A DNA stretch of 64,000 bases from Azolla caroliniana (GCA_043228905.1 JBHGNT010000001.1:30814001-30878000); one strand, 5' to 3'; positions 24,368 to 38,899 are shown, counted from the stretch's first letter. Made by a program: numbers and translations. The notes: generated by a model from the sequence alone, not told the origin.

Positions 24368-25519
24368 ATGGAAGCATGCTTTCCGACACATCAAACAGGC
24401 CCAGGTGCTATAGAAGATCAATCCGCCCATCTTCTTCTGCATTGGCAAGCTCAATTCTCTCGATCTTTTCAGTATTATCTTGACAAATCTGCTCCTCACG
24501 CTCTTCTTTACCGTGGATCGTTTCTCTCTTCTTTTCCATAGCTTACTGCCTGCGTGTTTGCTATATCCAAGGTTTCTATATCGTGACTTATGGTCTAGGG
24601 ATCTATCTTCTGAACCTTCTTATCGGTTTTCTTTCTCCTCAAATTGATCCAGAGATCAGCAGCGATGGTCCTCTCCTTCCTTCCAATGTCTCGGATGACT
24701 TCAAGCCTTTCATTCGACGCCTTCCCGAATTTAAGTTCTGGTTAGTTTCATGATCATCATCAATTGTGTATGCTATGGTTAGTCTAATTGTTTTCTAATT
24801 CGTGTTTTACTTCTCATCATAACAATCACCATCGTACATGGCTGCTTTTCTTATGAAGAGAAGTGTATACAGTGAGAATCATTTTGAATGGATGAACTCA
24901 TGAATATTATCTAGCATTCACCAAAATGAATTTTTTTCTTTGCACATTGTTTTTACCGAGGAACTTGGCTTCCTTTGAAATGGAAACATGCTAGAGAAAT
25001 TACTGTTCTTTAAAAAATTAGCTGATTTGCTCTCCAACTTTATCATCCTCTTATGTTTTGTGTTTCTGTAACTCCAGGTATGCATTTACAAAGGCTTTTT
25101 GTGTGGCATTTGGCATGACCTTCTTTTCAAGATTTGACGTTCCTGTCTTTTGGCCGATACTGCTACTCTATTGGATAGTTCTTTTCACTCTCACAATGAA
25201 GCGTCCAGCTACGCCACATGATCAAGTTTAAATATGTACCATTCAGTTTTGGCAAACAGGTAAGAATATTATCCTCAAAAGCATGTGTGTGTGTGTGTGT
25301 GTGTGTGTGTATGATATGGTATATGCATATGTCAATGTGTATGTGAATGAATGAATGAAACTTGTAAGTATGTATGTATGTTTGTATGCATGCATATTTG
25401 AATATGTATATGTATGTGTGTATGGACGCATAGTTGAATCTGTGAAAAATACCAGTAGACCTTTTCTTGTTGCTTAGAATTTTTGCAATTTGTTCAGCGC
25501 CTACACAGGGAAGAAGTGA
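24368..25519 (+). pseudogene. RER1: RER1 (Golgi-to-ER retrieval receptor) with apparent frameshifts: pseudogene or consensus error
   Basis: Exons 24368-24740, 25078-25259 and 25498-~25519. Motifs [69 protein letters not shown] and [15 protein letters not shown]. Frame breaks at ~24500-24513, 25205 and probably 25501. Confidence 0.9.
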
Positions 25520-27114
25520 CGAATGACATGAAGCGCAGGGTTTAAATGGTCGATTTTTTTTGAAGTTCCAAGAAACACATGGATTGTTGTTCCATGTCAT
25601 CATCGCTTTGCCATGTCTGAGGTTACCCATTCTCTCATTATTTGCCTCCTGCAGCACCAACACTAGCGATGAATTGAAGTGCATTAGTTTTGAAGGAATT
25701 GAGAGTCCATTTTCTCTCTAGAATCTGTTAAAATACAATCTCACTGTGTCTCCGTGTTTTTTGTAACACAATCTCTCTCTCTCTCTCTATCCATCTCTTT
25801 GTACATGAAAGAGAAACATTTTAAAGGGGATGAGCATGAAGGGCAAGTAACATTTAGATAGAGCATAAAATGCATATGCCCATCATTGGAAGAGATATAA
25901 TTCTATTATGCTTTTTTTCAAAAACATTGTCCAAAATTCTGTTTTCATATTTTATAACAGCTTATCTCCAAAATACTTTTGTTTTTTTTTGACGGTTGTG
26001 TATGACAGTTGGTGTGACACATTGCTTCTCGCTATTGCTATTGCTATCTGTATCTCTTTTCTTGCTATCCCACCTTACTCAAAGGTACCATGCCAACTCT
26101 ACACATGCACATACTGATCTTTTTAAGTAGAAGATTTGTTGCATCTGGGACTAACATGGACAAGTCATTGGCCGGACCTATGTTTGTCTAATGCCAAGTG
26201 TAGTAGCAACCATAGCCTCAAGGTTACTCTAGCTAAGCGAATTTTAGCTTGCATGTACGAGTCGATTCTTGGAATGGGATGCTCTTCGAGTCACATTACA
26301 AGATTACTCTCTCTTAATCAATGGTCTGACCACGCACAAATAACCTATAAGGGCATCCCCGTGAGGTTTATATACATGCCCAACCGTAATCCTTACGTTA
26401 GGAGAGGGGTCCTTCAATGCTTATAGCATAGGTAGAGGACCATTTGAGCAACAACTAAAAGGTAATTTATGGAGAATATTTGAGAGTGGGAATATGTTTG
26501 AGCATGAAGTAAAAGGTAATGGAGGTAGAATGTTGGAGTGTGGGCTCGATGCTAGAGGTTCCTTCACCACTTTCTTGGATTATTGTCTTATGTCACCATC
26601 ACTCCTCATCATCAAGTTCATAATGTTTCGCAACTTTTCTAACTACTATCACTTATATAGAATTCATATGAGTAGAACATATTCTTTCGTTTGCAAACAC
26701 AATACATAATTTTATACTATACAGTACTAAGGGCACTATGATAACAGGAATCCATGATTCCATGTGCATTGTGATCAATTGAATCCATTAGTGCGGCCAA
26801 TCATTTCAATTTCCAATGATTAATGAAGCTTTAAAAGTTAGTAATGATGGCTATCAGCTCATGTGGTTCATGGATGGCCACATGGTTGGCAACAACAAAA
26901 ACCAATATGTAAGCCATGGAGCCATTCATTTGCAAGAAGATGGGTCAAATGTTAGATTTATTGAGTCCTTAAGGTTATGCACTAGGGGAAGATATCTACA
27001 TTCTATCTATCTATCTATATTGACGCGATTTGGGGACTACTTTGGGAGTTTCGAAACCCCAGGGGCATTCTTGGAATAAGTTTGGGGAAATAACAATATC
27101 CTTACCAACGTCTG

Positions 27115-27147
<33 letters not shown>

Positions 27148-27175
27148 GTATGTAATAATGTATGTATGTATGTAT

Positions 27176-27432
27176 CATAGTACATAAAATTCGTGTTGGT
27201 CTAGCATAACATTCGTTTTCATACGTTGGGAAACGAAAGCGAATGTTATTCAAACATTCTTGAGTTTTTTTTTAGTTTTATTCCCCTTTTTTAAAGTTTT
27301 CTTTTTCTTTTTTTAGGTTTATTTACCTCATAATAAATAGTCAATCCAAAAGTATGATATTTACCATTCTTCGAGGGTATCAAACCATACTCGAATGCGA
27401 ATGCACGTATCGTACGTAAGGTTCATACTATG
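27176..27432 (+). mobile_element. hAT-like MITE (CATAGTA...TACTATG) about 250 bp upstream of the lectin ATG
   Basis: TIRs present. Interior AAAATTCGTGTT.GTCTAGCATAACATTCGTTTTC and TATTTACCTCATAATAAATAGT is shared with the copies at 49420 and 49691. Confidence 0.8.
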
Positions 27433-27444
27433 CGTATAACGGTA

Positions 27445-27473
27445 AATGTATGTATGTGTGTGTGTATGAAAAT

Positions 27474-27560
<87 letters not shown>

Positions 27561-27571
27561 TATATACATAC
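27445..27571. repeat. Compound (CA)n/(TACA)n/(TA)n microsatellite
   Basis: Read directly. Confidence 0.9.
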
Positions 27572-27686
27572 ATGATACATATATTAGCGGCTGAAGTACG
27601 CAGACCGACCCAGCGCTGTGTGTGTATATACTATAAACACACAATCAGAGAGAGAGAGAGAGAGAGAGGCAGGCAGGCAGGCAGGC

Positions 27687-29643
27687 ATGGTGGGTACAAC
27701 AAGCTCATTGGATCTACAACAGATCCTGAGAACCGATCCGCACGCTCACTTCCACGTGGACACCATCTGCTGTGACGGACTGTGCCTCTTGGAGGAGGAG
27801 GAAGGCGTGTTCTATCCATCTTGGTCGGATTTGTGGCAGCAACAGAAAGGCGGAATCCCCTTGAGAGACCATGTATTCCGTGTCTTCTGCAAGTCCCACC
27901 CAGGATTCAACCTCGCCGTCCAACACCATTGCCTCGCCTTGCTTCCCGCCAATACACTTGACCTGTCCCAGGTACATTTGTACATATGTATGTGTATGCC
28001 TGTCAGATACATATATGTATTATAGATTTATTATATTTTGTTTTAGAAATTTAATTTCATGAAGCATCCATACTTGCGAGCATAACATATAAGCTTATTT
28101 CACTAATTATACATATATTCCCACATGCTTTTTCTTTTGTGATTTTCATACGTATAAGCACGTTTTTATTATTATTCATACACGATATCGTTTTGTTTTT
28201 TTTTGTATTAACTATTTTCAAGTGTAATTATGTTCTTAATCTTAGTTGCAGCTGATTAGTAGAGGAGTTCAACCAGCCAGGCTAGTCATCCTCAATCAGA
28301 ATCCCAAATCAATGATGCTATTTGTTTCTATAATTAATCTTCTTTTTTTGTGGGTTTAGTCTTAAATTTGAACTTGGGAACTTTGTGCTACTTGATGTTT
28401 AATGTGCAAATATAATGGTTTCGTAACATTCATGCAATATATATTTTGAAAAGAAACATAAAAGTGCATTCTTTTTGCAGCAATGGCTGAAGGACGATTC
28501 CTATAGCTTGAGAGTGAACGATAACTATGGACACCCCGCCTTTAGTCTTATTAACAAGGGAACAGGGAAGATCCTGAAGCATGGAAAACGCAAGGGTGAG
28601 CAGGTATGAACGATTTCAATACTATTTAAGGACACCTAAGTGATTGCTTTTCGCAGATTTTATGACAGTTGAATAATTACTCACTGTGATTGGTCATTAT
28701 AAAGAGTTGAGACAAATGGAAAGGATGATTTGTAAGTGCCACAGGAGTCCTGGAGCTCTACTCCTCCCCTGGCACATAAGTGAAAACAGAAGTGCCTTGG
28801 TTAGATGAAATATCACATTATATATCTTCAGGTGCAAGTATATGAGTGAGCATGTATACCCATCCCAATTGGAGTTTTCTTACTCTCTAAACCTGCCACA
28901 AAATAAGAAAAATTGTATATCTGTATGTGTGTGTATATATATATATATATAGTAGCCTGGAAAATGTATCTATATTTGTGTTTTTAACTATTTCTACTCT
29001 CTAATGGGAGTTTCACTCTGCAACGGGTTGCATCCCCACCCAACGAGCCCCTCATAAGGAGAAAGGAAGTCTGATCCCATCCCAAATATATATTAATACA
29101 AGAAAAGTATTCATTTAGAGTTCTACGTTGGTGATATTTATTTTCCTAATTTGTGTTTAGCTGGTTCCATCATCCATTTCAAAAACTGCCTTGAAAAACA
29201 AAACCAGTAAGGCTACTATCTTATTGATATTTTATTGAAAATAATGTTAAGTGAGGCATGAAGCCAGAAGTCCTTTAATCTTGTTTGAAAGGTTGCACTT
29301 TAAGAGCTGCACTTGTCATGATTAGAGTATATTTTGGCCAAAAAACTCAGAAATAACAGGTGCACTTGAAAGTTATTTTGGGGTTTTTCTCCATTGTTTG
29401 TCGATTTTGTTTATCTTTTCTGCTTCTTATTGACACCAGGTGCGTTTGATGGATTATGAAGCTAATATAAGAGATGATGACATAATGTGGACGGAAAGCC
29501 AAGATTTTGGAGAGGGTTTCAAGACTGTTCGATGTGCTAGTAATACTCTCTTGAACTTGACTGTCTCTGGGGGAGGTAAAACCTTGGAGCTTGACACATG
29601 GCATAAGACAGCTAATCAACTGTGGAAAATCTTTCCACTCTGA
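27687..29643 (+). CDS. Euonymus-type (EUL, ricin-B-like) lectin, single domain, EULS3-like
   Basis: Exons 27687-27971, 28481-28603 and 29440-29643 with phase-0 joins. Motifs FRVFCKSHPGFNLAV, QQWLKDDSYSLRVND..GHPAFSLINKGTG..LKH, WTESQDFGEGF and NQLWKI. Confidence 0.9.
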
Positions 29644-31632
29644 CTTCATATTGGTGGTGTTTATGTCCTATGAAATCTATATAGAAGTTCATAACCGTAT
29701 ATGTACAAATAACAAAGTGATGTAACACATGGGGTAATATGTTTCTCTCAAAAGTATATGATTGTCTCAAAGCTGTTCGGGTTAATTGTTGCATGTTAAT
29801 GATTTTACCAAGCCAATCATCTTTGGATGTTTAGGGAACCACGGTATATTCTAGTTAGTAGTGCAATTGTTTTACCTATATGCTTTGATACATTATCGTT
29901 TTCTTTACTCAGCAAGCAAGGTTCTAATATCATTTTCTTTATCACTCTCATGACATAATGATAATATGTTGGCTAATAATTTTACCGAGGCCCACTTCTA
30001 CTCTTTTCTAAGGATAGAAAAGCACATACAAAGATAACATTGTATTCACACCATAGGCATTCTTGTGGGACTCTATACTACTATCATGCTCTAAACAACT
30101 AAACACGAATTTATAGTATAGTAGCGTGTTAATTGAATGAGGAATACGTGTATATGTTGCATTTTCAGAATGCTTGGTAAATGCAAGCTTTTAATGTATT
30201 TTGTAGAGGGGGAAGGATATTTTGTGTGACTAAAAATTCATTTGGAGCTCAATACTAGATCATTGCAAACGAGTGACAATTAAAAGAAAAAGATTTTATT
30301 GCATTGGCAAGCAAAGGTTTTGATCTTTTTCACAAAGATTGATAGATTTTTTCTTATAATCAATAACTATAATTGTATACTGAAATAAACAGAAGATCTG
30401 CCAAGCTTTGATTGTTTTCAATTGGAAATATTGTAAAATGGGATAGGTGTCCAATATATATCATCTTGTTAGATACTAGAGAATATGAAACCTCAACCTC
30501 TTTTACAAATTTAGTTATACGTCTTGTTTGCAAATTTCTATGTATTTAATCTGTAGCCATGATGTTATCATTGCTTAATTAGAAATGTTCATCAAGCTAA
30601 CTTTATCCTCAAATGAATAAGATAAATTTTTGATCCCACAAAATTAACCACTATATTCCATGTAGGAAATCAGTGGTCATTCAATCAAAAGATAGACTAG
30701 GGTATTTGTTGAAGGCGCATAATGACATCAAACTACGATAAGAATGAAATACACAAATCCTGGGAATCTACTAAATCTTAGAGGATCTCAGAAACATATG
30801 TTAGCAAGTTTACTTACTTTTAACGCACATCCATCTATGACAAACACGAGCTAAGCTGAAACATACTAGTCTTTGAGAATATCTGAAGTATACATTTGCA
30901 ATGTTTCCTGAAGGCTCAAGAGTTTCCTAATCTCATAACCTACTGAATGCACTTGGAATGACATTTCTTAGAATTTCGCAAAATTTGAGACAAACTAGCC
31001 TAAAGAAATACGGAAGCTACAACTTAAAAACTTCTGCTAAATGCACTTGAATGCTTGATTGTTAGAATACTAAACACAAATTTTGTGAAATTTGAGACAC
31101 TAGCATAAAGAAATAAGAAAGTTTGAACATAAAACTTCTCAATTTCGAAATGATGGATTGCCACACTCCTAAATTTAATATAATCTGGTTTGGAAATATA
31201 CTTCAAAAACAGTACCTATCTGCCAGATTTTTACTACAATAATTTCAGTGTGCTACCACCGGTACATGAGCTCAGATGATGTAGAGTATGGAAAGTATCG
31301 GTTTGACATACTATCAACTACTATCATACAAAAAGTCAAGGATGGAAAACAAGTACATTCCTGTGCGCGTATTCGATACATAATGTAAGATATTTCTTTT
31401 ATTATTCAGCAATTGTAAGGTAATGCTCCAAAAGCCTTACCGTGGAAACTTTCCATTAATTGCAACACCTAAATAGACCCTTGGCATGAACTCAAAATTT
31501 CTTATCATTTTCCTTACCCTCTAAACCTTCACTCCTCTTTAGTATTCCTCTTTGCTTGCTTAAGAAAATGCAAAATTTTGACAACACGATTATCTTCGGT
31601 TCAAAGAATTACTTGAAATTTCTATGGTTGTG

Positions 31633-34600
31633 TTACGATGGATCTTTCTTCTGAAGTGAGAAGATCTCCCCTGTAGTATCTGAAGGAAAAGAAAATGTAC
31701 TGTCCCCAGGAATCCTGCCAGAATCTTGAACATGTCCATCCTTGGATGAACCTCTTTTATCATTAATGTCTTCCTTTGATGGAATGTGTGTTCTGTTACC
31801 ATGAACAATGTTCTTGTATATTGTAAGGGCTTGTGCTACCATACTTGACGGATCACCCGCATTGGTTGGAAGCAGCATGGTTGTTCCCTGCATTGATTGG
31901 ATGTAAAAACTGCAAATTTGAGGTTCGAAAATAATTCATGATAGAAAATTGCCAAATATCATGACGAATATGCAGCATTTTCAAACAATAGATCTAATTG
32001 ATAATCATGAATGTTACTAAGTATGATGCATGTTACCAGCATAAACAGAAATTTCATTTGCTTAACAAAGTTGAATGTCTGCAGAATCAACAGACACTCT
32101 TGTAGAATCCATTCATGTTGTACCTATTTTTATGTGCTACTCTCAGATTGAATCTTCTTCTCAGTATTTTTCTATCATAAACCCCCCGTTTTTGCATCAC
32201 CTATATATGCACAAACCCCCTGCATATTTTCCCATTGTCTGCGTATTCATTGATCAACCAGAACTCATAATTGGGAATTATATCTTCATTTCTGTAAACC
32301 TTAAACTAGCAGATCAATATTTTTAAAAGTACACATAATAGGCACAATGAAATTAACAGACCTCCCTTGCAATGTTTTTGAATGCATCAAGATACTGTTC
32401 AGCTATTTTCAATGACACTGCCTGCACAAAGACACGAGAATTTAGGAAACTGGTCAAGAAAACATAAATAACACTAATTTTGCAAGGGTGAAACATACAT
32501 AAGAGGTTGAAGATGAGAGATCTAAATCATAGGAGGAAGATCAGATGACAGGATAAATTCATGAAGAAAATGGATGAAACCAATTTGAAGTGGAAAAAGT
32601 AAACCTCCTATTCAAGAAAATACGGTTCTGGGCAAATCTGTTGTGTAAAAAAGAGATTTTCAGCACCAAAGAGAGTTTTGTGGCGCAAAGCTTTTTCCCT
32701 TTTTCATATCCAACACCATCCACAAATTCAAGTGTATATTTTAATTAGAATATAATTACTTTCCAACCTAACGGATCCAACATCATGGATGAGATGAGTG
32801 TTCCTTAGTGTTTGATCCATGGAGGTAGTTAAAAACCTGCATAAACTACTGGTAGGCATGAATTAACCCTTGTGGTCAAAAGGCCATCCTATGGGTTTGA
32901 TCCCCCATAGTTTTTGATGATCAAAGCAGTATAACTTGGAGAGATAAGAGATGGTAAATACCCTGGTAAGTGGTGATTGATCAATAGAAAAATGACAAAT
33001 TGTAATTAAGATTGCATTGACTTTGACTATGACAAGGACGGTGAAGACAATGCAAATCTTATGTGGCATGTATGAATCTTCTTAATGGAGTGATTGACAG
33101 GTTTCTGTAAAAAATATTATATAAACGAAGAATATTATTATCACCCAGTCCAGTTTGCACAACAAATCAGAGTTCACATTCACCTCTTGGCCTCCAGTTT
33201 CTTGGATAGCTTCTGCTATCTGCCGTAACCCTTTTGCAGTAGATTCAGCCTTGATAACAACTGATCTACCCTCTCCTGGCATAGAGACAAATAATATTGA
33301 TTAAATGTGCAAAAATACAGCCATTTCCTTTAGAATCTACTGATAAATATTTTCGGTATACATTATTGCAAACTTGAACCTTTCTCCAGAGATAAATTAA
33401 CTACCTTCTGCGATATTGATATTAGATTGTCTTTCTCCTGCATGATCATATCAGATCATCATTTGTTTGAAGTTTGCAATTAGATTGCAAAACAAAAAAT
33501 TATTTGAAGTTCACAAACGGAGATATTAGTTTTTACCTTCAGATTCAAGGATCTGAGCCCGTTTTCTCCTCTCAGCTTCTGCTTGCATTTCCATAGCTTG
33601 CTGAACACCAGGAGGTGGAGTTATGTCCTCTGTAAGATTATTATGTTATCTTCTGTACAGACTCTATGTGTTTTACAGACATTGGATTATCTCAAACATA
33701 ATAAACTATGAATCAATACAGACGATTATCTGCAACTCACTTATCTCATAGCGTAGACATTGGAGCCCCCATGCCTTGGCTGCAACATTGATTGCTTCCT
33801 GAGAAAAATGATAGTGATTCATACATACAGTAGAAAAATCGAGATCTGAAGTTTGAAACCCTGAATTTTCAGTTATGTTAAGGGTCAAACAGAGAGAAAG
33901 GTTCTTAGCGTCCATGGGAGACTGCTATAATCTATGTCACAGGGTCAAGCCCATGGAAAGGATCAGGCAGGGTTCTCTTGATTTCATAGCTTTGAAGCTA
34001 TGGTGTAAACCATCAATGCAACAACAAGTGAGAGAAGAAAGAAAGAAATATCGGCATCTCCTAAAGACCACGATAGCATGTGGGACCTGACAAAGAACAT
34101 TCTTTAGGGAAGTTATATGTTCTTGAAAACACATGCCATGTACTTGGAACCAATCTTTCATTCATGAATACCAACAATTGGTTTCACCTGCCTCTATTAG
34201 TCACATAGATTAGGCAAGAGCCAACTGTGGACAGCAATGCTTCCTTCAGTAATTTCCCGGTATGATGTATAGAAGATACGGTTTGAAAAAGTGCATTTGT
34301 GACTATTGGGTCTGTTCACAACTCAGCTCTGACTATCTCACATCGTTTTGATATTTTGCTCCTTAACATGCAGACAATTACCATAACTAATGGCCATTCA
34401 ATGTTTCTTCAATCATCCATATTGACGAGTTACTCACATATTCTCTTTTTCTGCTCAGCGTTCCACCCCAGCTTCCATTTTCAATGTGGGTGAGCAAGCT
34501 TTGGGCTATCTTAGCCCACTATACTGGTCGTCAATCCATGAAAATCATACATTCTACTTCAATATATTTCAAGCAAAACTAGCTATTGCCTATCTTGGTT

Positions 34601-37600
34601 GTCCTTCCCAAGCTGCTCTATTTTTCAATTGAGGTTTGACTGCACATTTTCTCATCTCTAATGGGTTAACATGATCAAGTAACAAGCACAAGTGCAATAT
34701 TTTTATTTTGGTATGAGACTCGGTTGGAGAGGGCCTAAGTATATGAAGTGACCTTTTACCACTTCTCCTGAGTATGATCCATGAATAAGTCTAAAAATAT
34801 AAATACAATATTGTGAAACTATTAGCAATCCAGTGGAGGACATGTAATTCCGTTGAATTGAAGAGGTAATTCTGATGATATTATTTGGACATAGATATAA
34901 ATAAAAGAAAGTACATTTTGGGAATAAGAAAATGGAACCTTGAGATTTCCATTGATCAAAATTATTAAGCAACCAACTAGTGTAAGATCCATTCAGGGGC
35001 CGTATTTTGATACCTGTCATAGGAATAAGAAGTACTTTATCTCCAGCAGGCCATGCATGTAGCACGCCCTTCACCGTTGTATTAAAAAAAAAAATTGAAG
35101 AGTGGAAAGGCTGAGAAGAGACGCAACAATGCATATTCTCTGTTACTTGCTTTCTGTGTATGATCGAGTAATGCTGTTTTGATCAATTTGTTTTCTGATT
35201 GACTGACATAACCTCACAAAATTTACTCTGAGGATAGTGAATGACTCTCTCAATAAGGAAGAAGATTAATAAAGGAGTAAATTTTCCTAAATTGGTCTGC
35301 ATAATACCCCTCCCTTGTGTTGATGGCCTCTGCTACCTATCACGCTCAGAAAGCCATCCCCTGTTTAGGGCCTGTTTTTGGTCCGAGTGCTTGACATTGA
35401 GTGTGACTCCCTGTACTGACGAAAAACAGTAAGCCTGACCGTCACCAATGCAGAAGTCTTAGCATCTGTCAAAGTTATTAAGGGCTTGTGCGTATCTGTG
35501 GACAGAGAGAGCGGAGCTCTAAGATCTGTGACCTCCCATAAACCCCACAATGATAACAAACCCATTCGCAAAAGCTTTTATGTTGATAAATGATTCCATA
35601 TATGGATTGAGTCTTGGAACTTGCTCATTAAGGAAGAACTCAAGGCCTCTCTTGTCGAGCAATAATTGGCTATAAGTTTGTTCACAAACATTACTTCAGG
35701 TTCAGATTTGGGTGAATGCCCAACATTGTTCTAAGCTTTCTTCTTGTGACATGAGGAATTGAATTCCTATTTAAAATTTATAAATAGCAGTTTTTAGACT
35801 TACCACTATCTTCTCATTAAGTGTGTCCCTTTCTTCAAAAGTCTTGTCTAGAGTAATTTTACCCAACTCGCTGCGCATTGTAGTTTGAGCAAGTTGTATA
35901 ACAGCATTCAATGGGTTCTCAACACCATAAGACGCCTTCACAGCATCTTCTATCTGCATTAAAGTGACAAGTTTCAGATCCACATACTTACTGTCTGTAC
36001 CACAAGACGTTTCAATATAATGTCTTTAAAGAAATTTACCAAAATAACCTTACCTTTTTACAAAATTATCAAGATATACCTCATATGTTCATAATTCCCA
36101 AAATACCCCTCAGGTTTCAAAATTCTCAAAATATTCTTGCTTTGGCAAATTTCTCTCCCTCCTGCCAATTTTTCTCCTTTCTTTCCAAAATTGGAGAGAG
36201 AGGGAGATAGAGATTTCGCAGAGGGACAAAGATTTTGAGACTTCTGAAAAATAAGGAAAATTTTGGATATTTTGTCAATAATTAAGTGTAGCATGATAAA
36301 TTTCCCTTTTTTAATTCCATCACCTTCACGTACAGAACTCCATCTATTGATATGCTGACGTTATCTTTTGTGATAGCACTCTGATCAGGTATAATGATTG
36401 CTTCCTCTTTTAAGGAGTGTACATAGGCAATCCGATCTACCAAGGGTATCAATAAATGAATGCCTGGATCCAATGTCTTTGCATATTTTCCAAAACGCTC
36501 TATGACATAAGCAGTTTTTTCCGGAACAATGCGAATACCCCAATTTGTTGGTGTGGGCATTACAAACCTTCATGAATGGTGGATAACAAACAAAAAAGAG
36601 ATTGGACACATCTTAGAATTAGGCCAAACTAATGAAAGAATAAAATTCAAGTAAATTAATAGTATGAATATTGAAGCTAACAAGTTCTAAGAGATTCAAC
36701 TTTTCTTTTGCACCTGCTTTCCAAAAGAAGTAGCATCATGATTATGGAGAACCTCAGAGATGAAAAGTTGAATTTTTTTCTTGAAAATTTGGTTTCTTAC
36801 CATGTTTTAATGGCTTGAAGTGACATGTGTAGCTGAAACTTTTTGAGTTATCTCAAACTTTAGGTGAGATCTTTCATATGTCTGAATGTCTTTAAATCTA
36901 TATTCATTTTATCTTAAAGCTTTTCTAGATATCTGAATGTTAATGTGAGATCTTTAAAACGTCTTCAAGTCTCTAAATTTTATTTTCTTCTCATCTGAAA
37001 GCTTTTCCAGATGCCTGCATAATTTATATGAGATCTTTCATGCTTCCTAAAGTCTCTAAATATTATACTTGTCTCATTTGAGAGCTTTTCCAGATGTCTG
37101 CAAAAATTATATGAGATTTTTCAAACTTCTTGAAGCCTCTAAACTTTATGTTCATGCCATCTCACAACTTTTCCAGATGTCTGAAAGTTAACATATGTTT
37201 CAATTCTGGTCATGTTGAACGACATTATATTTGCAAAATGAGAAATTTTCAGCCACATACTTTCATATCAACCGATGGAAACATTACATCATGAATAACG
37301 TAAATATTAAAAACTCACTGAGTTACAAAAAACGACTTGCCAGAGGAAGAGGATGAAAATGCATTACTTTTAACCTGCAACCATGATGGACCTTGTAGTG
37401 TAAGAAACTTCAAACTTTTCTCTATTAACTAATACATGTGGAAGACTAAAGCATCCACTTGTCTTTCCAATGTCTAAAAATATGGTCTTTGTTAGACTAC
37501 ATAATGTGTATCATTAGTCGGCTGATTGCTCGTGAAATTGCACATATACGCAGCATTGAGATGGAAAGCAAAGAGTTATAGGACCTATGTAGAATTAAAA

Positions 37601-37971
37601 CAGTGATGGTAATGGTTAGGAAAATGGGAAATAGAAGTAACCAGGAAGTAGACGAAATCAGAAAGGACGAGGAAATATACAACAATGCATGGAATGAATG
37701 GGCAACGTTTCGACGCTAGAAGCGAGCAGGAAATAATGACAATGATATCAAAAAAACATCAAAATGATGATGAATACCTTCTGCTATACTCCTCATGTCG
37801 ACCACCTCTGAAGCTTCTTGTCGCAGAAAAGCTCCAAGGAGGAGAGCGATCTGCGAGGGAGGAAGTGGTCCGGGAAACTACAGTTAGAGGTTGCGATTGA
37901 GAAGACGAAGCAGAGGAAGAAGAAAGGAGGCGGGAAGCATAAAATCGGAACAATCTCGTGCTGCTCGCCAT
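31633..37971 (-). CDS. Mitochondrial stomatin-like protein (SPFH/band 7; SLP1/SLP2, STOML2-like)
   Basis: Nine exons, approx. 37971-37777, 36567-36324, 35953-35804, 33798-33741, 33629-33536, 33438-33405, 33275-33184, 32421-32362 and 31887-31633. Arg/Ser-rich transit peptide; [93 protein letters not shown]. Confidence 0.95.
36835..37200. repeat. Diverged ~82-bp tandem repeat (4-5 units) in SLP intron 1
   Basis: Recurrent AGCTTTTCCAGATG.CTG.A...ATGAGAT.TTT.A...AAGTCTCTAAA units. Confidence 0.75.
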
Positions 37972-38899
37972 GGCCTGGTCGTCGCCGTCGTCTGCTCGAA
38001 GGGTTTCCCCCCTCTGTGTGTAGAGTTTGCAAATACAGCAGTAAAATCACCATCTTCTTCATTCATTTCCTTCTTAATTAATTTACACATATCGTCCGTC
38101 CGTCGATCAGGATTGAGTAGGCCCCCACTTCCCTCTCTACTCTACATGTTCAACGTAAAGAAGAGAAGTAAAGTAAGTAAACACTCGGACATATGAAGCT
38201 TATGTGGCCGTGTCCGATTGGTCGGATCTCCATGTGGCGACGCCTAATTGGTTAATAAGCTCTTATACGGAGGCACCACCATCCTACTCGTGCTATCCCC
38301 TACGTGTCGAAATCCTCGCCCATGAGCCGATATAGAAAAAAGACAAAGAGATGTGGATCAACTCGATCAACTTGTGCTTCTTGTACATATATATTTGTGA
38401 TTGTCCTCTTCTTCATGTATCCCCACCCACCTCCTCCTCCTCCGGTAACGCCTTGCATTGCCCGTCTCCATGTCTACTCCATTTATCTCTGCTTACCTTA
38501 TTTTCATGACCCCTTGATTAGGTTTAGGCGGTTCGTTATGGTTGAAAACTTCAAGTCGATGATGCCTGCAAGCACAACGGTTGTTGGTTGTCTATATTGA
38601 ACGAAGCTTGTGTGGTTGACATCTAGTCTTGGTTCAACCGCGCTTTTTGTGCTATGTGAATGTTTTCCCCTTCTTTTGGGGAAAAAACAATACAACATCA
38701 TTTCTCTTTGGCATTAGAAGCAACGTGAATCGAGGTGGACTTGATGATCGTATGTTCAATCACATCCAATGGATGATCATGAATTCAAGATGCATAAAAA
38801 TGCAAACGGTTGGTCTCAGAAGCAAAGGTAGGGAGATAAGGTGAATCTATTTGTCATAACATTGCAAATTTCGTTATTTGAACTTTCAAACAAATGTTT

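Noticed and set aside
35290-35570. GC-richer intronic island in SLP intron 3 as a possible snoRNA or other ncRNA
   Set aside because: No convincing C/D or H/ACA boxes or terminal stem could be identified by eye. An Rfam search would be needed.
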